NCBI GenBank assembly: GCA_044226625.1
Contig: JBGAGQ010000021.1
Coordinates: forward strand, 1-64,000
DNA from: Thermoanaerobaculia bacterium
Lineage (GTDB): Bacteria; Acidobacteriota; Thermoanaerobaculia; Multivoradales; UBA5704
Length of the DNA stretch: 64,000 nucleotides
Reading direction: 5' to 3'
Part shown: positions 17,088-26,510 of the stretch, piece by piece
Layout: each line of letters begins with the position of its first letter
Position numbering within the stretch: the stretch's first letter is position 1
Made by a program: the position numbers and the translations under genes
Notes under the pieces: generated by a model
Databases searched by the model: none
What the model saw: the letters and a program-made list of their open reading frames with translations, nothing else
Told to the model about the DNA's origin: nothing

Positions 17088-18881
17088 ATGCGGCGTCCTC
17101 AGAGGCTCGGCGTGCGGCGGGAGGTGTTGATTCTCCTCCCCGCAACGCTGCTGCTGCTGCTGCTGATCTCGACCTTCATCCTCTTCTCCCTCAAGAGCGC
17201 GCTCAGCCGATGGCAGGAGGAGCGGTGCGACGCCGTCTCGGCAATCGCCTCCCGGCTGATCCGCCAGATGGGCGAGGGCGGATCGGGGGAGCCGACGGGA
17301 TCGATGGGAGCTGCCGGATCGGCGGCCACGTACCTTCCTTCGGAAGGTGACCTCGCGCGCCTCGCCGATCCGGTTCGCGCCCTGGGCGGCGCCGTGGCGA
17401 TCGTCGACGAGCGAGGATCCGCGCTCGTTCAGGTGGGACCCTACATGCCCTTGCGAGCTCTCGAAGGAGACGCCGGCGGGGCGGGAGCCTGGGGGCCGCG
17501 TGAGACCGGGGGCGATTTCGTCACCGCGCGGGTGCCGTTTCGTGGCGCGAACCGGGCGCTCGTGGTCGAGCTGCCGGCGCCGGCGCTCGCCGGGCAGCTG
17601 CGAGCAGTTCGCTGGCTCGGCTGGGTAGTCTTGCCGGTCAACGTCTCCCTTTTGGTCCTCGCACTGTTCTCTCTCCAGCAGATCCTCGGCCCCTGGGAGC
17701 GCCTGCTCGCGGGCGCCGAACAGATCGGGGGTATGCGGCTCGGCGATCAGGACGAGGTCGACTTCCTGCTCGCGACTCTGGAGCAGGCGCTGAGCGCCGA
17801 ACGATCCGGCGGTTCCGGCCTCGGCGAGGACGACCTCGCGGCCCTCGACCGCACCCTCTCGCCGAGCCTGCAGAGCGGGCTGCTCCTGCTCGGCCGGGAG
17901 GGAGAGGTCCTCGCCCTGAACGACCTGGGCGCGTCGCTCCTCGGCCTGCCCGCGTTGCGCCGCGGCCCCGCCCCCTCCGACGTCGGTGCGCTGCTCGCCG
18001 ACCGACCCGAGCTGCTCGGCTTGATCCTCCCGGCGGTCCGCTCCGGAGCCGGGGTGCAGCGCGAGGAAGTGAGCCTGGAGACACCCATGGAAGGCGGGCG
18101 ACGGACGACCGTGCTCGGACTCTCGGTGCACCCGCTCCGGCCGAAGGAAGGCGAGGTCCGCGGCCACCTCGTCCTCTTTACCGACCTCACCGAGGTGCGC
18201 CAACGGCGGGAACGAACGCGGGTGGCCGAAGGGCTCTCCCAATTGGGCGAGATGGCGGCGGGGATCGCCCACGAGCTCCGCAACGGGCTCGCGACCCTAC
18301 GCGGCTACCTGACCCTGATCGAACGCAAGGTCGACGCCGAGGCGGTGGGAGGGTATCTCGCCGAGATGCGCCTCGAAGCGGATCACCTGGAACAGGTGGC
18401 GAGCGACTTCCTGGAGTTTGCGCGGCCCGGCGCGGCGCGCCTCCTGCCGGTGGCACTCGACGGGCTGTTGAAACGGGCGGCCGGCGATCCGGCTCTTGGT
18501 GAGATGCCCGTCGAGGTGTCCGGCGACTCCTGCCTCGTCGCATCCGGCGACGAGCCGCTGCTTTCGCGCGCGCTCAAGAACCTCCTGCTGAACGCCGCGG
18601 ACGCGGAGCGCCGTGCCGGTCGCCAGGGCCCGCTGGAGATCGCGGCGCGCAAGGTGTCGAGCGACCAGATCGAGATCGAGATCCGGGATCGGGGGCCGGG
18701 GGTTCCGCCCGCGATCCGCGAAAGACTATTTCAGCCGTTCGCTTCCGGGCGGCCGGGCGGGGTGGGGCTCGGGCTGTCGCTCGCTTTTCGAATCGCGAAC
18801 CTCCACGGCGGAACGCTCGAGCTCGCCGATCGCGACGGGGGGGGGACGATCGCCACGTTTCTCCTCCCCGCCGCGTCCTGA
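17088..18881 (+). CDS. Sensor histidine kinase, PilS-like
   Basis: Two TM helices, PAS-like region, AHELRN, NLLLNA, DRGPG, GLGL. Confidence 0.9.
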   Translation: MRRPQRLGVRREVLILLPATLLLLLLISTFILFSLKSALSRWQEERCDAVSAIASRLIRQMGEGGSGEPTGSMGAAGSAATYLPSEGDLARLADPVRALGGAVAIVDERGSALVQVGPYMPLRALEGDAGGAGAWGPRETGGDFVTARVPFRGANRALVVELPAPALAGQLRAVRWLGWVVLPVNVSLLVLALFSLQQILGPWERLLAGAEQIGGMRLGDQDEVDFLLATLEQALSAERSGGSGLGEDDLAALDRTLSPSLQSGLLLLGREGEVLALNDLGASLLGLPALRRGPAPSDVGALLADRPELLGLILPAVRSGAGVQREEVSLETPMEGGRRTTVLGLSVHPLRPKEGEVRGHLVLFTDLTEVRQRRERTRVAEGLSQLGEMAAGIAHELRNGLATLRGYLTLIERKVDAEAVGGYLAEMRLEADHLEQVASDFLEFARPGAARLLPVALDGLLKRAAGDPALGEMPVEVSGDSCLVASGDEPLLSRALKNLLLNAADAERRAGRQGPLEIAARKVSSDQIEIEIRDRGPGVPPAIRERLFQPFASGRPGGVGLGLSLAFRIANLHGGTLELADRDGGGTIATFLLPAAS

Positions 18882-18980
18882 CTCCTGACGTGACGGGCGG
18901 CGCCGAAGCGCCGCCCGTGTCCAATCGATTTGGGCAACCGGGAGGATCGCCCGGGACCCTACCGCCCTACGCCTCGGCGG

Positions 18981-19733
18981 TCATTTGCCTCCGGGAGGCG
19001 CCTTCTCTTCGACCTGTCCTTCGTCTTTCTTCGTATTCAGCTTCAACATCGTCCCGGCTGGAGCGAACTTGACGACGTCGAAATTCACGATCTGGATGAA
19101 CGTCGCCGAAAACTCCGTCGTTTCGCCCGGCCCCAGGCTCCCCGTTCCGAGCGCCGCGTTGCGCTCTCCCACGATCACCCCTTCGCGATCGACCAATTGG
19201 ACGGCGAGCTCGATCGAGGCGGCCATGTTCTCCCCGGAGTTTTGAAGCGTACCGCTCACCCTGATCCGGTTGCGCGCCGGGTCGATCGACTTGCTCCAAA
19301 CCAGAACCTCGAGATCCGACTTCGGCGCGGCCGGCGCCGCCGCTCCCCCTTCTTGCCCCGCGCCGGGCGCGCCCGCCCCCGCTTCTCCGGGCTCGGGCGC
19401 GGGCTTCCGGGCAAAATCCTTGTCGGTGAGCGACCATTTCGGCTTGGTCCGGACCGCCGGCTCCTTTGGCCCTTCTTGTTTCGGCTCGGCGGCCAGCCGC
19501 GCCTCCTCGGTCGCCCGCCGGCTCGCCTCGAGGTCCACCTGATCGGCGCGCAACGACGAGAGCTTGCCATCGAGCGTAGTGAACACCACCCGGTTGGCCG
19601 AGGTCTTGGGCGAACCCTTGACCTCGAATTGAGAACCGTCTTGGAGCACGAGCCAATCCGCCCGGCCCGCCGAGCTCCCCGCGAGCGCGACCAGGGCGAG
19701 AAGCGTCGTACCGAAGGGGAGCGCGCGCCTCAC
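18981..19733 (-). CDS. Exported protein with C-terminal Ig-like (FxLYD-like) domain
   Basis: GTG overlaps the pilY1 stop; signal peptide; VSGTLQNSG..VQLVDREG..LGPGETTEF. Confidence 0.75.
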   Translation of the reverse strand: MRRALPFGTTLLALVALAGSSAGRADWLVLQDGSQFEVKGSPKTSANRVVFTTLDGKLSSLRADQVDLEASRRATEEARLAAEPKQEGPKEPAVRTKPKWSLTDKDFARKPAPEPGEAGAGAPGAGQEGGAAAPAAPKSDLEVLVWSKSIDPARNRIRVSGTLQNSGENMAASIELAVQLVDREGVIVGERNAALGTGSLGPGETTEFSATFIQIVNFDVVKFAPAGTMLKLNTKKDEGQVEEKAPPGGK

Positions 19734-22700
19734 TGGTCTCTCCAGTTCTGCTCGCGGACGCAGACCGGAATCGCGGCGACGCATTCGAGCTTGGTGTCGA
19801 CCTGGAAGGTCTTGATGTCCTGGGTGTACGCCGTGAACTTGCACCCCGCCGGGAAGAGCGAGCGCAAGGTCCGCACCGCCGCCGAGTTCGGGCTGCAGAC
19901 GGCCGCGCCCTGAGGCTGCGGCGTCGAGCCGCGTGGGTTCTTGCTGATGTTCGTCTCGACGAACGGATTGGTCACGAACGCCAGGACTTCCTTGCTTCGC
20001 GAGCCGGAGGTGGTCCCGAGAACCGCATCTCCGTTCGTCGCGAGGACGGTGTAGATGTTGCTGGTACCGAAACGTTCGCAAAGACCCAACGGATTGGGGC
20101 GGAACTCCGGATCGAAGCCGGTGAAGACCAAGATGCCCGACAGGGTAAGCGACTTCGAGATCAGGCGCTCGTTGGCCGCCAGCTCGACGATCCAGCCCGA
20201 CTGCTTACCGGTCGGTGGCGCGGTCAGGTAGTTCGTTCCCGTTCCGACCAGGGCCGACGACTTGTCGAAGGTGACGAAGTTGCTCTCGGTCTTGGGCAGC
20301 GTGGTGTTGACGCTCGGAGTCTCGCTCACACCGAGCGGATGCCACCCGGTGTCGAGCAGGAAATAGAAGCGCCCCTCGATGAGCGACTCCGGCTCCTGCG
20401 TCCAGAGGTCCTCGCGGTTACCCGTGCCGAAGCCGAGCGCGAAGAAGCCGCTCTTGGGATCGAAAACCACCGAGGGAGGGAAGAAGATCGGCCGCAGCTG
20501 CTCCGCCCCGGTGCCGCGCGAGGTCGCGGTGTCGAAGACCTTGTACGGTGCCCAATCGGCCGACGTGATCCGCTTGACACCGCCTCCGATGTCGACCAGC
20601 GACACGTCCTTCGTCATGTCGACCTTGTACAGCCATCCCTTGGTCGTGCCGATGTAAATCCGGTCCAGATAGCCGTCGAGATCGGTGTCGATCGCCGCGG
20701 GATCGCTCGGGGCGGAACCGTCGAGCACTCGCTTGTACAGGATCTTGCCGCTCTCGATGTCGACCATATAGAGCCAGTTGCCGGTCTTGTTCATCAGCGT
20801 CGAGTCCATGCCGCCGCCGAAGATCGCGACGTATCGATCCTCATATTGCTTCGGCGTCGACGCCGCGTTGGTCACGATGCGGATCCGCCCGGTGTTCGGC
20901 GTCGACCAGGTATCGCCGAGGTCGGGCGTCGCGTTGCCATCCTCATCGGAGGTGTCCTCGAAACTCCAGAGGTAGGAGCCGAAGGGTACCGTGCCGCAAC
21001 CCGTTCCGCCGTTCCAGCAGGAGGGAACGTAGGTCGATCCGGAGAGCGGCTGAGGAATTCCGTTGGTGTCGTACGTGTCTGGCTGGGTCACGTCCAGCGC
21101 GTAGTAGGCGCGTCCGCCTTCCCTCAAGCCACCGACCACCACCGTCCGCCATTCGCGATCGGTCGAGGTCGGAGTGCCGTTGTGGCTGGGATCGATGAAT
21201 ACGTCGTCGACCTGGATGGTGCCGTCGACTCCCCAATCCTGATGGTTGTCCGAGGCCTGGTTCCGCAGGTGGGAGAGCATCGGACGCGGCACGAAGGAAA
21301 GCACCTCGTTTCCCGTCCCGTTGTCGAACGCCTTGGGCGTCAAGCTCTCGCGATAGATGCCGCCGTCGAACATGTGGAGCTGACCGTCGTTGCTGCCCAC
21401 CGCGACGAGGCGGCGGCGCAGCTGGTGCTTGGCGCGGAAGCACCGGTAGCCCTTGTTGGACGTGTTGCAGGTGGGATCGGTACCCGGAGCGTTCGGAACG
21501 TCCGCGTCGAAGTAGGCGATCTTGCCCGGCGCGCTCACCAGGACCGGGTTGGAGTGGAAGATGTCTCCCAGCACGAAGCGGGTGTTGTTCGTCGCGTCCA
21601 CGCGCGCGAACTTCTGCTGCAAGGTGTATTTGATGACCGAAGCGACCGTGGAGTTGGCCGCCGTCACCTGGCTCGAGTTCATCGGATCGGCCACAAGACC
21701 CATCCCTTGCCAAAGGTCCTGTTGGGTCGCGAGCGTGGTCTGCGGTACGAGGAGACGCCGGGTTCCGGGGACCGTCGTCGTCGGCGCGGCCGCGTAGAAC
21801 ACGCGCCGCTCGGTATCGGCGGCGCCGATCTTCCAGAGCGGGGTGGCGGGAGCCGTCGGATTCAGCTGGGCCTGGGTCGGCGACTGAGTGAGCATCTTCT
21901 TGCCGGAATCCCAGAGCAGACAGCCGCTACGCAAGGACGGCGTACAAAGGACGTCCGTGCGCGGCTTTCCGGTCGTGCCGTCGACCGGGATCGGCTTCAG
22001 GTAGGCGTTCAGATGGCCGTCCCAGATGGCGCCGGCTCCGTTGTCGGGAGCTGCCGGCAGAGGCGCCAGCGGCTCGAGGAACGACGACTCGTTGAGCGGC
22101 GTGAAGTTCGGGACGTAGATCGTGTCCTCAAAGTTCGCTTGGACCGTCGGTACCGCGGCCGAAGAGAAAGAGCGGCCGGCTTGGGTGACCAGGTTGAAGA
22201 TCGAATCGATCGCCTCTTTCAGCCCGGCTTCGTCCGTCGGCTGGAATGGCTGGGGCCGTGTGCCCACGACCGGCGGCGTCGCGCCACTGTTGCCCCCCGA
22301 GCCGTTGTTCGCGAGGCAGCTGAGGACGTTGGTCGGGTCGGTTGTGTCGATTTGACCGAAGGCGATGACGAACGTCTCGATCTTGTACTTCGAGTAAAGC
22401 ACCCGCGCCCCTTCGCACGCCGTCCCGAGCACGCCGCCGCCGCCGCAGGTGTCGAGGCCGTCGGTCAGGATGAGAAGATATTTCGGGCGACAGCCGAACT
22501 CCGGGTCGGCGGTTTCCGCCACGTTCTTCCAACCGGGCGTGGCGCAGGTCGAGCTCGGCGAGTTGTCGTTGTGGCAGCCGGCGTACCAGTCGCGGAAGTT
22601 GTTGACCGAGGCGCCGAGCGGCGTGTAGCCCTGCGCGATGAGCGGCACCTGCGCCGCGCTCACCAACGGAGGGTTCTCCACCGCGACTTTGTTTCCCGAC

Positions 22701-23797
22701 ATTAGAGTTTGGATGACCGTTTGGAAGTATCGCCCCTGCGTGAAATCCGGAACGGTCTCGGTACCCCGGAGGTTCGGAGCCAGACGGCGGAGAATCTCGT
22801 CGCGGTTGGTTTGCGTCCAGTCGAACGGCAAAAAGTCGCCGCGGTCGAACTTTCGATTCGCGGGATAGCTTAAGTTGATCGTGGTGGGCAACTTGTAGCG
22901 GTCGTTCCCCGAGTCGCTGTTCAGGTCGAGACCCGAACAGCTGTTGAGAACGCCATCGTTCGAGTCTCCACCCGAGGTGGGTCCAAGTGGGACGTCGTCC
23001 GAATAGGACGTACGCTCGAGAGTCGCTAGGATGGGATGCGCGTAGGGAGATGTGGTCTGGACTAGCTGATAGGTGAGGTTCTTCGATTCGGCGCTTCCCA
23101 GGCGCTCGGGGCCGCAGCTGTTGATCAACCAGCGGGTGACGCGCACGGTAATCGTGTTGTCACCCAGACTTCCCGAGGTGATCTCGGTCGTCGTCTTGAA
23201 TCCGCGGCCGGAGACACCGGTCTGGCGTACGTAGAGCGTCCAGGTCTTGTCCCCCGCGTCACCGGTTCGCGGCGTCTGCTGGACCTGGGTGTTGATGCCC
23301 GACGAGCCGACCGCGACGACGCTCGTACAACCGCCGACCGTGCTGTTACCACCGTTGTCCTCCCCGCCGAAGATGTAGGGGACGTTCACCACAGGGTACG
23401 ACACCGCGGTTCCGGACCAAGCCGGGCTGGTCGTCGGGTAGTAGACCCAGTGTTTACGCCGGACGATCGTGCTGTCCTGGTTGAACGTTGCGAAACCGTA
23501 ATGGATCGAGTCGTTCTCCGGGTCGACCATCGCCTCGTAGAGCGCTTTTTTCGCCTGGTAGAACTTGGACTCCGGATCGTCCGCCGAGGCCATCGGTGTC
23601 GAGGAGTCCGCCGGGCGCTCGTTCATCGAGCCCGAGGTGTCCAGGATGACGAACAGGAACGGGTCCGAGTTCGTCTGACGCAGCAGGAAGCGGTCGTCTG
23701 CCCGGCCGCTGCCGAGGCTCAGGCCCGCGGCGGCCAGGAGAAAGGTCGCGAGGACCACGACCGGGCGGTTGAAGCGTCTGTCGGGGCGGTGCGTCAT
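19730..23797 (-). CDS. pilY1: PilY1/PilC-type pilus tip adhesin (vWA plus beta-propeller)
   Basis: Signal peptide; MIDAS DTSGS..LTDG; LGDIFHSNP, GSNDGQLH, GGLREGG, YYALDVT, LGDTWSTP, DTDLDGYLD. Confidence 0.93.
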   Translation of the reverse strand: MTHRPDRRFNRPVVVLATFLLAAAGLSLGSGRADDRFLLRQTNSDPFLFVILDTSGSMNERPADSSTPMASADDPESKFYQAKKALYEAMVDPENDSIHYGFATFNQDSTIVRRKHWVYYPTTSPAWSGTAVSYPVVNVPYIFGGEDNGGNSTVGGCTSVVAVGSSGINTQVQQTPRTGDAGDKTWTLYVRQTGVSGRGFKTTTEITSGSLGDNTITVRVTRWLINSCGPERLGSAESKNLTYQLVQTTSPYAHPILATLERTSYSDDVPLGPTSGGDSNDGVLNSCSGLDLNSDSGNDRYKLPTTINLSYPANRKFDRGDFLPFDWTQTNRDEILRRLAPNLRGTETVPDFTQGRYFQTVIQTLMSGNKVAVENPPLVSAAQVPLIAQGYTPLGASVNNFRDWYAGCHNDNSPSSTCATPGWKNVAETADPEFGCRPKYLLILTDGLDTCGGGGVLGTACEGARVLYSKYKIETFVIAFGQIDTTDPTNVLSCLANNGSGGNSGATPPVVGTRPQPFQPTDEAGLKEAIDSIFNLVTQAGRSFSSAAVPTVQANFEDTIYVPNFTPLNESSFLEPLAPLPAAPDNGAGAIWDGHLNAYLKPIPVDGTTGKPRTDVLCTPSLRSGCLLWDSGKKMLTQSPTQAQLNPTAPATPLWKIGAADTERRVFYAAAPTTTVPGTRRLLVPQTTLATQQDLWQGMGLVADPMNSSQVTAANSTVASVIKYTLQQKFARVDATNNTRFVLGDIFHSNPVLVSAPGKIAYFDADVPNAPGTDPTCNTSNKGYRCFRAKHQLRRRLVAVGSNDGQLHMFDGGIYRESLTPKAFDNGTGNEVLSFVPRPMLSHLRNQASDNHQDWGVDGTIQVDDVFIDPSHNGTPTSTDREWRTVVVGGLREGGRAYYALDVTQPDTYDTNGIPQPLSGSTYVPSCWNGGTGCGTVPFGSYLWSFEDTSDEDGNATPDLGDTWSTPNTGRIRIVTNAASTPKQYEDRYVAIFGGGMDSTLMNKTGNWLYMVDIESGKILYKRVLDGSAPSDPAAIDTDLDGYLDRIYIGTTKGWLYKVDMTKDVSLVDIGGGVKRITSADWAPYKVFDTATSRGTGAEQLRPIFFPPSVVFDPKSGFFALGFGTGNREDLWTQEPESLIEGRFYFLLDTGWHPLGVSETPSVNTTLPKTESNFVTFDKSSALVGTGTNYLTAPPTGKQSGWIVELAANERLISKSLTLSGILVFTGFDPEFRPNPLGLCERFGTSNIYTVLATNGDAVLGTTSGSRSKEVLAFVTNPFVETNISKNPRGSTPQPQGAAVCSPNSAAVRTLRSLFPAGCKFTAYTQDIKTFQVDTKLECVAAIPVCVREQNWRDQ

Positions 23798-23891
23798 AAC
23801 TCCTCCTGCGCGCTGCGCATGATCGCCGCGCGAACGTCGCGTTCCGACCTCACCGGGGCGGAGTCACCGCGACGGACAATGCATCTCATGG

Positions 23892-24410
23892 TCACTTCAA
23901 CGGCAGCTGCGGTTTGTAAGGCTGGATGTCGATCATTGCGTTGAGCTGCTTTTCGGCCACAGCCACCGTCGAGCCGCCCACCGTCCCGGCGCGCCGAGCG
24001 GTCACGTCGACGTAATACGTGATGTCACGGTAAGGCTCTTCGCCCGGCTGCTGGTTCACCTCGCACAGGGCGCAATAGGGCGAATTGAGCCGGGTGTAGG
24101 AGTTGCGAACCACTTCGATGCCGAGGTTCGCCGACGAAGGCACGGCGTCGGAGGTGAACGAGGATCCGGTCTGGAACTCGCCCAGGATCATCGCCCGGGA
24201 CGTCGATTCCGCGATCGCCGCGTCGGCGGCATAGAAGACGCGGTTGATCAACCGCTCGTTCGCGCCGATCTGCAACTCGTTTTGGGTTACGAGAGAGAGC
24301 GAAAGGCCGATCACCGTGAGCAGGAGAAGGAGCAGCAGCGCCACGATGTAGGCGCTCCCCTCCTCCGCTCCGGTCGGCTCGAGACGGGACAAGGCGCGAC
24401 GGATCCTCAT
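23892..24410 (-). CDS. pilX: PilX-like minor pilin
   Basis: EEG|SAYIVALLLLLLL (no E5), FYAADAAI; position in operon. Confidence 0.85.
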   Translation of the reverse strand: MRIRRALSRLEPTGAEEGSAYIVALLLLLLLTVIGLSLSLVTQNELQIGANERLINRVFYAADAAIAESTSRAMILGEFQTGSSFTSDAVPSSANLGIEVVRNSYTRLNSPYCALCEVNQQPGEEPYRDITYYVDVTARRAGTVGGSTVAVAEKQLNAMIDIQPYKPQLPLK

Positions 24411-25744
24411 GACAGGTTCCTCAGGTCGACGATCGTTTGCAGCTGCCGCCGGCGGTACATGCGGTCGGTTCTACCGTTGGTTCGATCGGGGGAGTCGAAG
24501 GAGTAGGTGTGGTCTTCCGAGCGAGTGAGGACCGGAGCCGAGTAGTCGGGGTCGCGCCGCTCCGTCCGCGCAAGCGTGCTGATCCGGAGGTAGGCGAGCC
24601 GCCCCGCGATCGGGTTCTCGGGCGCAGCGTTCGCCGCCACCGCGATGCGCGCGTTGCCGAGCCATTCGTCGGTGGACCGCGTGGCGTCATCCGTCCCTTC
24701 GACGACGGCGCCGTCGGAATTCGTGTCGATGCCGAACGAGGCCTGTAGGTCGACGATGCCCGTTGCGATATCCACGTTCATGTTGGTGGCGTCGTTCAGG
24801 TAGGGAATCTGAGTCCCTGGGTAGAAGCGGGCTCGGGAGAGGACCGGCACCAGGTCACTCGCGGGATCGGTCGGATCCGCGCGGTCCTCGCGGATGTAAT
24901 ACCGGTACTCCTCGAGGATTCCGATGTAGATCGCGCTCGTCAGCTGGGACGGTAGGTTGAAGGCGCCCGGCGGCTGCAGGGTGCGGTACGCCGTCGGATA
25001 GGAGGTCGCGCCGCTCAGGTATTTCAGAGTGACGCCGTCCACCCCACCGGCGCAGGTGGAGGCCATTTTTGTCGAGTTGACCGGATCGAGCTGAACCACG
25101 GCGTAGAACGCGGGATCGAGCGGGCTTACGAGGACCAACGCCTCGCGGCTCACCTTCGTAGGGCTCGTCGCGTCGTCGATCAACTTCTGGAAAGGAGCCA
25201 GCGGCTGCGAGATCCCGGCGGGCGAGATCGCGCAGAGCTGGATCTCTCCATTCGTGGTCGAAGCGGGATCGGAGTCGCTCGCCCCTCCGGTGGGGTTGGG
25301 GCCGTCGTCCCAACGTCGGAAAGTTCGCTTGTCGAGAGAATTGATCTGGAAGATCTGGGACGAGAACACCCCGCGCAGGGTGATCAGATCGGTACCCGAG
25401 AGGATCTTCGGGCTCGTAGCATCGGAAGGGATGACCGTCGCGGCGGTGCCCGTCACGTTGCTCCGCACCGAAATCGCGACACCGGTCGGCAGCGCGCTCC
25501 CGGCCTGGGTCGAGGGGATACCCCCGCGTCCCGCCATACGCGCCAGTCGCACCATGTCGTACTGGGCGATCCGGAGTGACTGCTGCATTTCGGCGATGCG
25601 CGTCTGTACCCGCGCCAGGCGATCGCTCAAATTGAACAGCTGGAGCATGATCAGCGTGAGGATCAGGGTTACGGCGAGCACGATTAAAAGCTCCACCACG
25701 GTGAAGCCGGCTCGCCGGCGGCGGGACGTACCCAAAGACTTCAT
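24407..25744 (-). CDS. pilW: PilW-like minor pilin
   Basis: RAG|FTVVELLIV, RMAG, C-terminal IVDLRN. Confidence 0.88.
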   Translation of the reverse strand: MKSLGTSRRRRAGFTVVELLIVLAVTLILTLIMLQLFNLSDRLARVQTRIAEMQQSLRIAQYDMVRLARMAGRGGIPSTQAGSALPTGVAISVRSNVTGTAATVIPSDATSPKILSGTDLITLRGVFSSQIFQINSLDKRTFRRWDDGPNPTGGASDSDPASTTNGEIQLCAISPAGISQPLAPFQKLIDDATSPTKVSREALVLVSPLDPAFYAVVQLDPVNSTKMASTCAGGVDGVTLKYLSGATSYPTAYRTLQPPGAFNLPSQLTSAIYIGILEEYRYYIREDRADPTDPASDLVPVLSRARFYPGTQIPYLNDATNMNVDIATGIVDLQASFGIDTNSDGAVVEGTDDATRSTDEWLGNARIAVAANAAPENPIAGRLAYLRISTLARTERRDPDYSAPVLTRSEDHTYSFDSPDRTNGRTDRMYRRRQLQTIVDLRNLS

Positions 25745-25802
25745 CGGTCCGTTTCTCCTCGATCGTTTTCGCTAGATTGGCTTGCGTTCGGCCGATCCGG
25801 GC

Positions 25803-26348
25803 TCAATAGATCTTGATCGTGGACAAGGTGACCTTCTTGCTCAATCCGAGCAGCGCGAGGGCGGTCGTGGTGCCTGTCCTTCCCGGGGAGACCTCGATGT
25901 CGATCTGCCGCAACTGGGCCGGCGGGTTGACTCCTCCCGAGAGCAGGGTGGAGCAGCGGCCGTTGGTATACCCGGACAGGTCGCACTGGCGCACCGTCAC
26001 TTTGCGGTTCCAGATCGGTTCCTCCGAGCCGAGGGTCGCGTTGTCGACCCATTGACTCTGGGACCCCGAGTAATACTGCGTGGTCACCAGCTCCGTGTTG
26101 CCGTTCGGCACCACGATCTCCGCGCTGTCGATCGGCAAATCCGCCAAGCGCTCGAGCTCGGATTTGGCCGCGTTCGTGAGCTGCGTGTATTGGTTCCCCG
26201 AGGAGTTGCTCATCGCCGACCGGGTGAAGATGGGGAGCAGCCCGAGCAGGATCACCAGCAGGATCCCGGCGGCGACCAGAACCTCGACGATCGAGAAGCC
26301 GCGTGCGCTTCGCGGACGTCTCTTGGAAATGTTCGACCTCGTATTCAC
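25803..26348 (-). CDS. pilV: PilV-like minor pilin
   Basis: AGGAGA RBS; ARG|FSIVEVLVAAGILLV. Confidence 0.85.
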   Translation of the reverse strand: MNTRSNISKRRPRSARGFSIVEVLVAAGILLVILLGLLPIFTRSAMSNSSGNQYTQLTNAAKSELERLADLPIDSAEIVVPNGNTELVTTQYYSGSQSQWVDNATLGSEEPIWNRKVTVRQCDLSGYTNGRCSTLLSGGVNPPAQLRQIDIEVSPGRTGTTTALALLGLSKKVTLSTIKIY

Positions 26349-26405
26349 CGGCCCGTCTCCTGTTCGCTGGGTCCCACGTGGAACTTTGCCTGTTCCAAGC
26401 CATAG

Positions 26406-26421
26406 AGCAAGACGAGGGCCA
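26406..26421 (-). promoter_or_regulatory. sigma54 promoter of the pilVWXY1 operon
   Basis: Minus strand TGGCCCTCGTCTTGCT = GG-N10-GC, ~60 nt before the pilV start. Confidence 0.75.
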
Positions 26422-26510
26422 TTCAGGGCAGCCTTGTGTTTGCCGTGGTTTACGTCGTGGAGGCGCGAGAATTCGCCACCGAGATCGTTACGCTAGGTAA
26501 CGAATTTGCC

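Noticed and set aside
20339-22705. 788-aa plus-strand ORF
   Set aside because: Antisense shadow of pilY1.
22835-22850. RGD integrin-binding motif in PilY1
   Set aside because: A tripeptide is expected by chance in 1355 aa of a GC-rich genome; no host context.
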